Below the pieces are notes generated by a model. It was not told the origin of the DNA, did no database searches, and was given only the letters and a program-made list of their open reading frames with translations. A DNA stretch of 64,000 nt from positions 6,016,001-6,080,000 of the forward strand of contig CM119372.1 of the NCBI GenBank assembly GCA_051294905.1. Direction: 5' to 3'. Each line of letters begins with the position of its first letter. The first letter of the stretch is position 1. Source of the stretch: Botryllus schlosseri. Lineage: Eukaryota. The position numbers were made by a program, and so were the translations under genes. Below are positions 40,501 to 51,707 of the stretch, in pieces.

Positions 40501-41713
40501 AAGTAGCCTACATGTTGGCGTTTTAAACGTCGCTAAATGTATCAACTGAGGCAATCGAAGGATATGATACTCCTATAAATCAATATCTTCTGTCGCTTTG
40601 CTTACAATTTCGACGAGGACTTACCAGGGAATATAAGCTTACGCCTTAAGGGTCTAGGTCAGACCGGACAATTCATTCGGCGTCTGAGTATCGCTACATT
40701 GATATTGAGCAGCGTGTAAACGGGTTTCTATACTTGCTGCCGATACTACCCCATTAACAAGTTATACAGCAGTAGCCAACACCTCAATCGCAAGCATTTG
40801 ATTTTAATGATGCAGTAAAGATATGAAGTCAAGATTGACCCCGTACGCCTGCTAGATTTTTTTGCATCAAAAACGATATCAATCTCATTGATTGCTTGAA
40901 TAAGCATCATTCGCTGACTACGTATTTCGCTAGGGATGTTGTGTGATTGCGGGTCAAACTCACAGCAGAGAGTCACTAAATATTCACAAACGGAAAGCTG
41001 GATATTTCGAGCAAATTTTTGTAACAAAGCAAGTAAGACTTTTGAGATTGTCAAGGTGCATGCTCGTTTAGTGTTGATTTCTAACGCTGCCAGCGCCATG
41101 CATAGAGTGGCCCACAGTTGAAATGCAATAAATATAAACCAAAGATGTTAAAATGAAGTGAAAATTTTATTATATGAAAAAGGTTCACAGTGCAGAACCT
41201 ACCAAGGTTCTGTTGTGAACGCGAAACTCCAAATTTCCGAGGTTCGCACACAGAACGCGAACGTGAACCTCACGTTCACACCATCCCTAGTCAATACCTT
41301 CTTTCAACAGTCTAATTTGTAACAGTTTTTGTGGAGATCGCGATTCGTCAGAGGACGGAAAGCATTTCGCGTAGTTCATCAAGTTCCAAAACTAATTACT
41401 GATACACCAAATAAGAACCGCCGACAGGCATACGCACCTTCGCTTTCAATTCTTTCATGGTCTTCAAGAAATCTGCATCTCCGGCTAATGCTGCCGCTGT
41501 CTGGGCGATTTCACTGAATGTAAAATCCTGACTCGAAAGACTGAATCATCACACTAAATAACGGTAATCGAGTACTTACGGGTGCTGAGCAACGTATCCC
41601 AGTCCACTCTTGAGGCCACTCGTAATTTTGTGAAATATGCTACCAATAAAGGATTCACCTTCATTTATGCTCACGGCAACGACAAGCAGAAGAAGCGGGA
41701 CGCGGAAATTCAT
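37593..41713 (-). CDS. Styelin-like antimicrobial peptide precursor, paralog B (131 aa)
   Basis: Exons 41713-41580, 41513-41438, 38621-38507, 37663-37593. Translation: MNFRVPLLLLVVAVSINEGES-FIGSIFHKITSGLKSGLGYVAQHPEIAQTAAALA-G-DADFLKTMKELKAKDQDTYDQALDIVKSQFSNVMSDEHVNDAIRDLESMIAMDDEKEQQRASDQLAQKITSSLLE*. Intron phases (2,0,1) are the same as paralog A. Confidence 0.82.
39028..39848. mobile_element. Buster/Charlie-type hAT MITE in intron 2 of paralog B
   Basis: TIR CAGTGGTTCCCAAC; perfect TSD TTATAGAC (nnnTAnnn); GGGGGCG subterminal repeats. Confidence 0.88.
40288..41289. mobile_element. hAT MITE with GTGAAC repeats in intron 2 of paralog B
   Basis: TIR TAGGGATGGTGTGAAC; perfect TSD GTCAATAC. 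Fragments of the same family at ~19000-19083 plus 22626-22780 plus 23760-23840, and at 61300-61376. Confidence 0.88.
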
Positions 41714-42851
41714 ATTGATAATTGCTACGGTTCATGCAACGAAGTTCGAACTGGATCAATGGATAACTCGTATAGAGTCGCTCATCTTATAGCTTTCGGG
41801 GTTTGTCAGGATTTCCGCTGGCTTCAATCCGAACAATAGTTCATAGATTGCGTTGGTTCTGTTCGTTCATTGTGAGATATACCGGAATGAATGCTCTAGC
41901 ATGTGCTGTACGTCGATTTCGAGAACATCTGCATTTCCTAGTAAGTCCTGATTTTAATCCAACTGGTGCTATCTCCCATTCGCAAACGAATCTAGCTAGC
42001 CACCAATATTCGATAAAGAAGATTATTATTTTTTACTTATCAAAAAAGTAAAATTTCATCAAAATTTTAGGGTTGGGCCAGAAAAATGTCAAAATTGTTT
42101 ACAAAGTAAAAAGTTTCATTCTAACTACATTTCGTTGGTGTCGTAGAGGATGCATTGTCGGGGTACTTATCAATTGACATATTACACCTTGTAGCCTACT
42201 GTATATAGGGCCTACTGTTACAGATGGCTCCTTATCTACTCATTGTGAATCACAAACCAACGAATGAAGCAAATAAGTTTACATGTCGTGTTGTGTCGCG
42301 TCAACACTTCTAAAATCGAGCGAAGATTTTACTAGCTCATGCCGATATCTCAAATCCGAATCTGAAACTTTTCTGTTTGGTCTGGTGGACATTGGTTCTT
42401 ATAGCACAGCGGTTCTCAACGTACGGATGGATCGCGAGATGTAAACAAAACGCAGATTTGGGTTGCGGTGTATACAACGTTGTCGGTGTGAAGCAACAGG
42501 TGTGTTACTAGCACTCCAGCAGCATATACTGAATTTCAATGCTGCCAACAAACAACTACTGCTGTTGAACGTTTTCTTTTCTATTCTTGTCAAGCTACTT
42601 CCTGAGGACTGACAGTTCCAATCAGAAATGCAGAAAAGTACTACAATTATGAAATAATGAGGAAAATGTCTAATTTAAATATTTGAGTGTAGAGTCTTGC
42701 CAGAAGGAAGTTTTTTAATGTCAAAAAACGTCAAAATTATCATTTGTTTAGTGCGAAATCTTCAGATTTCTAGATAATAGAATAATCGACTTTCATATTA
42801 GTTATTACACTTACGTTCGATTGCATGATGCCTATATGGTAAAGTCTAGTT

Positions 42852-44015
42852 CAGGGCCGGGCAACATATGGCCCGCGGGCCGGATCCGGCCCGCGACGGC
42901 ATTTTGTCCGGCCCGTGGGCAGCTTCCCGTCTTACATGATAATGTGGCCCGCTGCCGATTATAGTCTGCCGAGATTCCCCACTACTTGCTTACTACGTCA
43001 ACTTTTAGTGACTGTGTGTATATTCGAGCGTGAGAGAGTGGAGCTTACGGGTAAGTTCGTCGAAGCATTTACTATGTACTTAACCCCAATGTTGTTTGTG
43101 GTAATCATGGTGTTGGTCGACTGCAATGGCCATTTACACCAGGCCGTTATTTCTTATTTATGATTCCTTAACTGCTAACTGGTAGCATTGCACACGTCCA
43201 GGCTTTTGTGAGACACCACTTAATAGTTATGCCGATGAGATGGCAAGGAGGAGCCTAGATAAACCTCCAACACTTGGGTAGCAATTCCAGAGTCGGACTC
43301 GAACACACAACACATTGGGTTTTGTAGCCGTGGATTATACCACAGCACTATCCCGCCAGCTACTCAACCCTAATATCTTGGTAAATTTGGGATACCGGGC
43401 TTATCGAACAACTTAAAATCTTAATTTTTATGGATTGCACATTGTGTTGATTGATCAGAGAGAAGCAGACATGGCGGTGCATGTATGACAGTGGTTCTCA
43501 AGCTGGGGGGCGTGAAAGCATCTGAAGGGGGCGCGAAGTCACAGTTAACTGAAACTTTTTTCGCGCTTCGCACAATTTACCTCAAGCGCATGGTGTTTAC
43601 TCTATCTATTGTCCTAATTTCATATTTGAGAATTCTTACATCAATAGCCATTACGTTTAATGCCATCAAACTATCCGATGGGATGGCTAGCATTCTGATT
43701 CACCTCCTTAATATTTGTGATATCACGATAAGGGGCGCGCGGAATTTTTCACTATCAAAAAGGGGGGCGTGTTCAAAAATGTTTGAGAACCACATGACAA
43801 TGCTGTTCTCAAATCCACATTCTCTTCGTCGTTATCGGCGAGAAATTGCTTTGAAATAACATTGCTTCGTTAAAATACTATCATTAAATACGATTTATTC
43901 CATGTATAATGTATATGTGAATAAATGGGCAAATAATGTATTGATTCAGCGATCCGGCCCGCCAAGTACTTAATTTTCCTATATCCGGCCCGCCGACTGG
44001 AGAAGCACGCGGTCC
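42852..44015. mobile_element. Charlie-like hAT MITE carrying an internal SINE; diverged inverted relative of 47106-47972
   Basis: Begins CAGGGCCGGGCAACATATGGCCCGCGGGCCGGATCCGGCCCG. Colinear in reverse with 47106-47972, plus an extra insertion at 43488-43795. Confidence 0.7.
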
Positions 44016-44874
44016 CGTTCACCCGTTTAGTCATGAGTGACGCGATTGTTTTTGACATGTCCAAAAGAGTCAAAATTTTGTCGAAATTATAGCGTTAGGT
44101 CAAAAAATTGTCAGAATTGTTTGCAGAGTCAAAATTTCTATTGCAACCTGCATTTCGTTTGTATCGTATATGTTTGCACTGTCGGTGAACTTATCATTTG
44201 ACATTTTACATATTGTTGCATACTTTACAGGCCTGTAGTTGTAGACGTTGTCAGCCCATTTTGAATCATAAACGACCAACGGCATCAAATAGGTTGACAT
44301 GGTGTTATGTTCAATGTACCGCAATATGCTAACCGAAAAGAGACTGCATGACCATTGGTACTTATATCATCATTACCATTGGTTTATTAGCAAATTTATC
44401 AGTTCAATACACCACAAAAATGCGATACAATGAAAAGATAGCGAGGTGTCGAAGCGACATTGAGTAGTCTATGTAATCAGACACCCACCTTGTGCTAGGC
44501 GATGTATAGAGGAGGCATGCACACTGAATGAAAAGTAAAGAAGATAGTATAGAAAAAAGCAATGGACAAAAATGGGGTGGCATGTCATGGAAGGCGAGAT
44601 CGATAGGTCAGTCGTGGTCCGGTAATCTTGAGGATGCACTATTTAGTAGTAATTGCTTGTATTTCGACTTGAATGTGGGCATGCTCGTCGACTGTGGGAT
44701 AGCCAGCGGGATACTGTTCCACACATCAGGTGCGGCATATTTGATGGAGCGATGATCTTTTCGGTCGATCATATGATATTTGGACGACGTGGACGCGCGT
44801 GTGTTGTACTTGTGCGCTTTTGATTCCGAGGTAAAAAAAAGTCATTGAAATATTGAAATATTATCAAGACGCGC

Positions 44875-45096
44875 ATGTTGCAAAATTTTGATGTAGACAA
44901 AATTTTCAGAATGAAGCAACTACCACCAGTGTACGCACAACTTCAGTGTTGTCAGCCAACAACTACTGCTGCTAAACGTTCTTTCTCCATTCTTGGCAAG
45001 CTACTTGATAATGACAGACACTTTCTACCCGATAATGTAGGAAAGTATGTTTCGTTGTACTACAACAAATTTTATTTGAATATGTTTGTTTTTTAG
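44875..45096 (+). pseudogene. Remnant of hAT transposase C-terminal dimerisation domain
   Basis: 'YAQLQCCQPTTTAAKRSFSILGKLLDNDRHFLPDNVGKYVSLYYNK' fits the hATC P-T/S-x-x-x-ERxFS motif. Homologous pieces at ~27060-27190, 42540-42620 and 55670-55760. Confidence 0.7.
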
Positions 45097-45502
45097 TCAC
45101 GAGGAAATGATCATGTTTTCGACGAACACGCATATTCCCGTATACCTATACGTTCTACAGGTCGATATTCCATTGAATGACAGGAAGCGTTGATTCAGTC
45201 TGCGGAAACCGTCATCCTAATTCTCGGATACCAAAAAAATAGATACGATATTCAATTGCACCATCTGCTTTGTTTCGATTGCTCAGTATTATAATACGGG
45301 TTATGTATTTCTCAGTAATGCATTATGAGATTTCAATGAATAGGTATGCATCGGCAGCCATTGTTGTTCGCAATATGGACTCGGTGAAGTAGAGCACGAC
45401 GCTTGATTCGATTCCAATTTATAGGCCACCAAACAGTAGACATCTACGGTTCGATAACGTAACCGAACGCTGCTCTTATGCGTGTTCTGAGCATGGAGAA
45501 GG

Positions 45503-46457
45503 CAATGTTGGGATGACTCGGTTCATGACTTGACTCGAGTCAGACTCGAGTCAGACTCGAGTCAACTTTTTCGCATGACTTGACTTGACTCGAGTCACTT
45601 TGCTAAAATGACATGACTTGACTTGACTCGGCGTATCAGAAATGTGGATTGACTCGTGACTCGGAGCAAAATTCACGAGTCAATTTCAAGTCAATAATTA
45701 ATCGGTTTCGATCTAAGTCACTGTATCTTGCATATGTTCGGATTGTTCGCGAACGCTGGTGTAACCCGTGAGAGCGAACAGTCATTCAATGATCGTGCGT
45801 TTTACTGAGCCTCCATTGTTCTTTCACAAATAAATTGACCACAAACTAAGTGATCGAAGCTTACAGCTTACGTTGTCGTAAACTAGTAGTAAAGTAATAT
45901 AATAGAAAATTATCTACATTAACCAAACCTCTTGTTTTATTGATTTCGATTTCGAATATAGTTTATATACTCCTCAAGACCTCAACCATTGGCGCAGGCT
46001 CGAATTGTATCATATCAATATGTAAATGGGTAACGGGTAGTGTAATGTATTGCATCTTATCAATTCGTTTCTCTATTCTCTATTTTGGTTGGTAACTATA
46101 AACTGAGGCTAAGTATATGTGAGCGATACAGCGCCTTCTTGGGTGTATATTCAACTCTTATGTTCGCTCATCGGTTCAAAATCAATGGCGACTCAATCTG
46201 TATTTCAGACAGCTAGCAAAATGTCATGACGTAATCATGCCTCATACTACGAAAAGGCAACTTGACTTGAATTTTGACTTGACTCGTGACTTGACTTGAC
46301 TTGACTCGACTTGACTCGAGTCATCTCCAAAAATCGAGTGACTTGACTTGACTCGAGTCACCTTCGAAAACCGATTGACGTGACTTGACTCGAGTCAAAA
46401 TGTGCAATGACTCGAAATGACTCGTGACTCGAAGGTAGTGACTTGATCCCAACACTG
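45503..46457. mobile_element. hAT MITE with GACTC repeats (copy 2)
   Basis: CAATGTTGGGAT...ATCCCAACACTG; TSD GGAGAAGG/GGAGAAGC. Confidence 0.8.
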
Positions 46458-46668
46458 GGAGAAGCATGGAATGATTTTATACCTTCTCAAAAGCAACTAT
46501 TATAGTTGTCGGCAAAATCATACCAGTCCAAGGAATCAAAGTTTCCCAGCCGTCGTTCACAAAATCATAAATATAAATTCAATGTGCACCATACAATGTC
46601 CGTGGGATGCTGTCAAGATATCATGGCATCTGACTTTGCAGTGTTCATTCTAAATAGCTTATCTATCC

Positions 46669-46941
46669 TAGGGTTACCATATTTGGTAAATCTGAATAGA
46701 GGACACATTTTCAAAATTTTCAGACTTACAATACCGGACAAAAATCTGGAAAAATTGGTAAATTTTCTCCGATTCAACTTTCCGGCTCAACTCACGATAT
46801 ATCCAATTTCTATAGAACTTAAATTTTTAAAAAGAGGACAAATTCTCAAAAAAGAGGACATTGGGGCGTCCTCCGTGGCCACTTTCGAAAAAGTCAAAAA
46901 AGAGGACAAATACTCTTAAAACGGGACGTATGGTAACCCTC
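46669..46941. mobile_element. Small hAT (Tip100-like) MITE
   Basis: TAGGGTTACCATA...TATGGTAACCCTC; perfect TSD ATCTATCC; AAAAGAGGACA repeats. Confidence 0.8.
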
Positions 46942-47105
46942 ATCTATCCGAAAGGTATAGCCTGCTGTGTACAGCCTGGGTAGTTTTGCTCGTGCAAAAC
47001 ATAATTTTCGCAAGGTTTGTTGCCACGTTCAAAAATAATGTCGTAATGACATCAACGTCCCAAACTGATTGCGAGTAGCTTTTGCTCTCTGCTTAGTGCT
47101 TATAG

Positions 47106-47972
47106 CAGGGGCGGTCAACTTCTTCAATCGGCGGGCCGGATATAGGAAAATTAAGTAGGCCTACTTGACGGGCCGGATTGCTAAATCGATTTATTCGCCC
47201 ATTTATCCACATATACAAGGAATAAATCGTATTTCATGACTGTATTTTTAACGACAGCAACGCCACTTCACCGCCATTTTTAGCCGATAATGACGAAGAC
47301 ATTGTGGATTTGAGAATCCAGGCGCCACCGTGTCTGGTTCTCTCTGATCAATCAACGCACGGTGCAATCCTTAAATAAGATTTCAAGGCGTTCGATAAGT
47401 CCAGTGCGCCAAATTTACAAAGAAATCAATTCATTAGCGTTGAGTATAGGTGACGAGATAGCGTCGTTGTTCAACTGTATGGCCTAATTAATCTCGATAT
47501 TGAATTCATGCGGCCTGCGTCCTCTACGAAATTTGAATAGTGGCCCGTTTTGACTTGACAACCATCTGGCATAAGCGGTGTCTTACAAAAGCCTAGAAGT
47601 GGGCCGTGCTACTTGTCGGCAGTTACGGAATCAAAAATAAGAACTATCAGCCTGGTGTAAATGACCAGTGTAGTCGACAAACACAATGATTGCCACAAAC
47701 GACATTACGGTTGAGTACATTGTAAATGCCGATAATGTAAGTCTTCTCGCTTCGACGAACTTACGCGTAAGCTTCGCTCTCGCACCCTGCGCATACACGC
47801 ATATGATAACACACTGTCACTAAAATTGGACCTAGTAAGCAAGTTGTGGGGAATCTCGGCAGACTGACGCCGCGGGCCACATTATCATATAAGACGGAAA
47901 ACAGTCCGCGGACCGGACAAAATCCTTTCGCGGACCGGATCCGGCCCGCGGGCCGTATGTTGCCCGCCCCTG
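47106..47972. mobile_element. Charlie-like hAT MITE with captured SINE 3' part
   Basis: CAGGGGCGG...CGCCCCTG termini; perfect TSD GCTTATAG. Confidence 0.85.
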
Positions 47973-48495
47973 GCTTATAGCATAGCATGTCCGATCGTCC
48001 ATCTAATGTGCATAATCGAGAGTACAGTGAGACTACAAATTAAATTAATGGCTTTGTTATCGGAGTATCGATTGACCAGATGCTAACGAAACGGTTCTCA
48101 AAGTTTTTGAATACAATTACATAACAGTCTGCTTGCAATATTTTGAATGGCCCACGGTAAATCAAAAATAGAAGGGACGCATAATGATTAATCTTAGGTC
48201 ATGTTCATTCTACACGGTACTATTCGTGAGATTCTCGCCCCTCGCTTGTTCGTCATAATTTCAGATTTCTCAGCCCGTTTTGGCGCGGAAATGGTCATCG
48301 CGCCGACGACTACAAGTCCCGCTCTCGCATGCTGCTACAAGGAATATAGCGCTCTCTCGTAATTTTGAATACAGTTAGATTCATTCATGTATATTATGTT
48401 TATTTTTACGTAAGCGCATGGCACTAAATCGCGCCCCGCGCGAAGAAAAATTAAAAGTTTAATAATTCTGAAAGTGCCCGCAAATACTGTGATTT

Positions 48496-48949
48496 GGCGC
48501 TTCTTCGATATACCCCCGAGATCAAAATATATAAACGGAAAAATAAATTCTTTTTTCGTGTTCGGTACGAAATATTAGGGTTTGAAGTGGGTTAGGGTTA
48601 GGGTATCCCAATATTAGGGTTGTGGGTGAGAGATATTAAGGTTAGGGGATGACATATATTAGGGCTGTGTTAATGACGTATATTAGGGTTGGGCGTGAGG
48701 GATATTAGGGTTGGGGGTGATAGAATCCCCGAACTAACGTCCGAAACCACCCACTCACAACCCTAATATTACTCAACCACAAATCTAATGTCTCCCACCC
48801 CCAACCCTTATATTGGAATGCCCTAACCAATACCCTAACCCACTTCCAGCCCTAATATCCAGCACCCACAACTCCAATCCCAAGAGGAAAAAAGAATATA
48901 TTTTTCTGTTCATAAATTTTGATCTCGGGGGTATATCGAAGAAGCGCCG
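48496..48949. repeat. Inverted repeat with telomere-like TTAGGG/CCCTAA-rich arms
   Basis: GGCGCTTCTTCGATATACCCCCGAGATCAAAAT pairs perfectly with ATTTTGATCTCGGGGGTATATCGAAGAAGCGCC. The inner left arm has repeated ATATTAGGGT and GGGTTAGGGTTAGGG; the inner right arm has the complements. Confidence 0.8.
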
Positions 48950-49700
48950 AAATATTTATGTCCCCGTCTTTCTTCTGGCTAGTTATAAGTTTTTGGAAGG
49001 TGCTTCTCGGTCCCAGAAAATTGTTTCCCGTACCTCGAAATGACAACTTAACCCAGTTTTGTAAACCACTGAACTAACATCTTCATATGAAGGAAGGAGG
49101 AAAACTGCGGTCAGCTACAAGACTTTTGTTGCGACTCCACACAATTTCGTAAAAGTACCGTATATGCTCATACTACATACTATAAAACTGAATTTGTGTA
49201 AAGTGTGAATCTCCCACTACGTGAAGTCGACTTATCGATGATTTATAATAATCAGTGTATTCTCATTATACCCGATGACGTCGCACTTCCGCAAAAATTG
49301 CGACACATTCAATAGATATATATTTGTGATGTTATATATAGGCCTACTCACTAGTTGCCATTACACAAAAGCGCTTTTTATAGTTTCTCTTGAGAATCAC
49401 ATTCTGGTATCTGATAACAAGTTGTCCACTGTCCAGTATGAAACAGATTCTTAATATATCGGCGAATATTTTAAGAGAATCCTGTCCGTATCTACTGAAC
49501 ATGAAGAAGGAGTAATCTATACCGATTCCCAGTATAACTAATTACAAATAGTCCATCATCATGTAACCCAATATACTGTAGCCACTCGATTGCCTCTCCC
49601 AGCTCTAAGATTTTTATACCAACTGCATGGCACAGAGCGTGTTTTTATGGGTATGAGCACGATGTAAAATTTTTAAACAGCTCCTTGTATTGCTATTCGA

Positions 49701-50337
49701 CAGAGGTGGTCCGAGTAGGCATCGTCTGTACTCAAGTAGATGTAGAAGTAACATCAGAAACAGCTTTGCCTAGAAAACTTGACACTCTAAAGTAGAAGTT
49801 AAAAGAATCTAAAATCATAACTCCTTGAGTAAGAGGTGTAAGTAGGGTTGCATTTAAAACAAAAATCAATACAAAACAAACATGTTTAAAAAAAGGCCTT
49901 TATTGAAAACATGTTTTTTTTAGGCCATGTCGTCACGAATTTTCAAGTGTGACGCCATAGTGGATTTACATTGACAATTGAAAATATAAGGTAAATATAG
50001 CTCCTTTGACGAAATATCTCTACTGCTAATGTTCAACCGACTATTTTGCGGGTTCCAACCATCCCATATCGATATACGTCGGCAATATCGGGTGGTAATT
50101 GTCAGTAGGCTCATACAACATGTTTTTTGGAAAGTATTTGCACAATTATGACATCATTTTACAACTTAAAAAAACACATTTTTTTTAAAAGGCCTTTTTT
50201 AAAACACTGTTTAAAACATGTTTTGAACAAAGTGTTTTAAAACAACGTTTGTTTTAAATGCAACCCTAAGTGTAAGTATAAACAAAATTGCTTTAGTACT
50301 TCGAAAAACAAGAAGTTTTCGTCAGCGATCACCTCTG
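49701..50337. mobile_element. AAGTAG-family hAT MITE containing nested MITE 49843-50268
   Basis: CAGAGGTGGTC...GATCACCTCTG with TSD CTATTCGA/CTATTCAA. Inner element TSD GGTGTAAG/AGTGTAAG. Confidence 0.78.
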
Positions 50338-51707
50338 CTATTCAAATTATATTCATGTATGCATAATGCCATCTGGGGAAGTATCTATATTTAGTGGTGG
50401 AAGGGGGTAATTTATTTCCAATGCAAAAAATACATTTTTTTTGAATAATTGACAAACGTGTACTGCATTCTCGTTGAAAGCACATACATGTATCTAATGA
50501 TTAAGTGATCAAAAAACGTTCAAATGAGAATTATGAATAGCGACATTTTATGTTGAGCGAAAAATATCGTGTGGTTCTCACAGGGAAAAAAACATTCTGC
50601 CGCAATCTTCTTTTGACTTCTTGCCGTTCGTCCAATGTAACGTCACTCCTCGTTTGCATCGGTTTTTATACGGAATTTGAAAACGGAAACACCTTCGGGC
50701 CCGCATAGTACGCAATTCACGCGGTCCAGAGGACTTCATTTATTTTTCATCCGCACCAGTGCGTACCATCCCACAGGTTCAAAAGCACTGATATGGGATA
50801 CGTGTCTTGATTCGCTGGAGTTGAACTGCCGGGAGTACAGCCACTGCACATTGCACCGCTGTATTCAAATTTATCATTCTGTTTCATTTCATCGATACGA
50901 ATGCTATATAATATAGAGTGGTAAACTGAGATTTGTCTCTTTAATACTATAAACAGCATTGTATCACAATCACATCTTGACGTAGCCTACTCCTTGTCAG
51001 TCGCTTAGTTGTTTCATTCATCTGCGTGATTTGAAGATATCTGCGTCCAACCTGGGAATGCAACAGATCAAACTGAGTTACGAGTATAGGGCTGCATGGG
51101 TAGGGTTGAGCTACTGAATGATGTGATTACAAGTCTAATGTCCAAGGACTGCGTATTCTGACGTCACAGCAGTACTAATGAGTAATGACTAGAAATGCTC
51201 GTATATATATTTTGCGGCCACAATGTTGCCAGTTGCATGTGGCTCAAAATAATTGCGTATTTCTGAGTCATGACTTTGCGCTTTGGGACCAATGTGAGGG
51301 TAACTTGACAGAAATGTCGTCCCATGAATATTCGCAATCTTGTGTTACATGCTTCCCGTGAAGAGATACGGCTACCCTGCTCAATGCCTGTTACGTCGGA
51401 TTTGGTGATGGGATTGTTGATAAAGTTATTTTCAATTCTCAGCTAGTTGCTGACGATTATCCCTGACGAGTGTCAGCCGTCAATATTAGGGCCATAATTT
51501 CTATATGAATTGAATACGTTATTCAATTATAATTAAAGTATTGAAAATGAATTCACATTTGATGATCGACTCGGATTATAATTCTAGATTCGCTGTCCCC
51601 ATTCCTATAATATCACCTCATTAAGTATGCCTATGGCTTTGTAAGTCAATTTGTATATGGTGTGTAAATCTGAGCCAAACTCCACCAATAACATGCCAAA
51701 TAATAAT

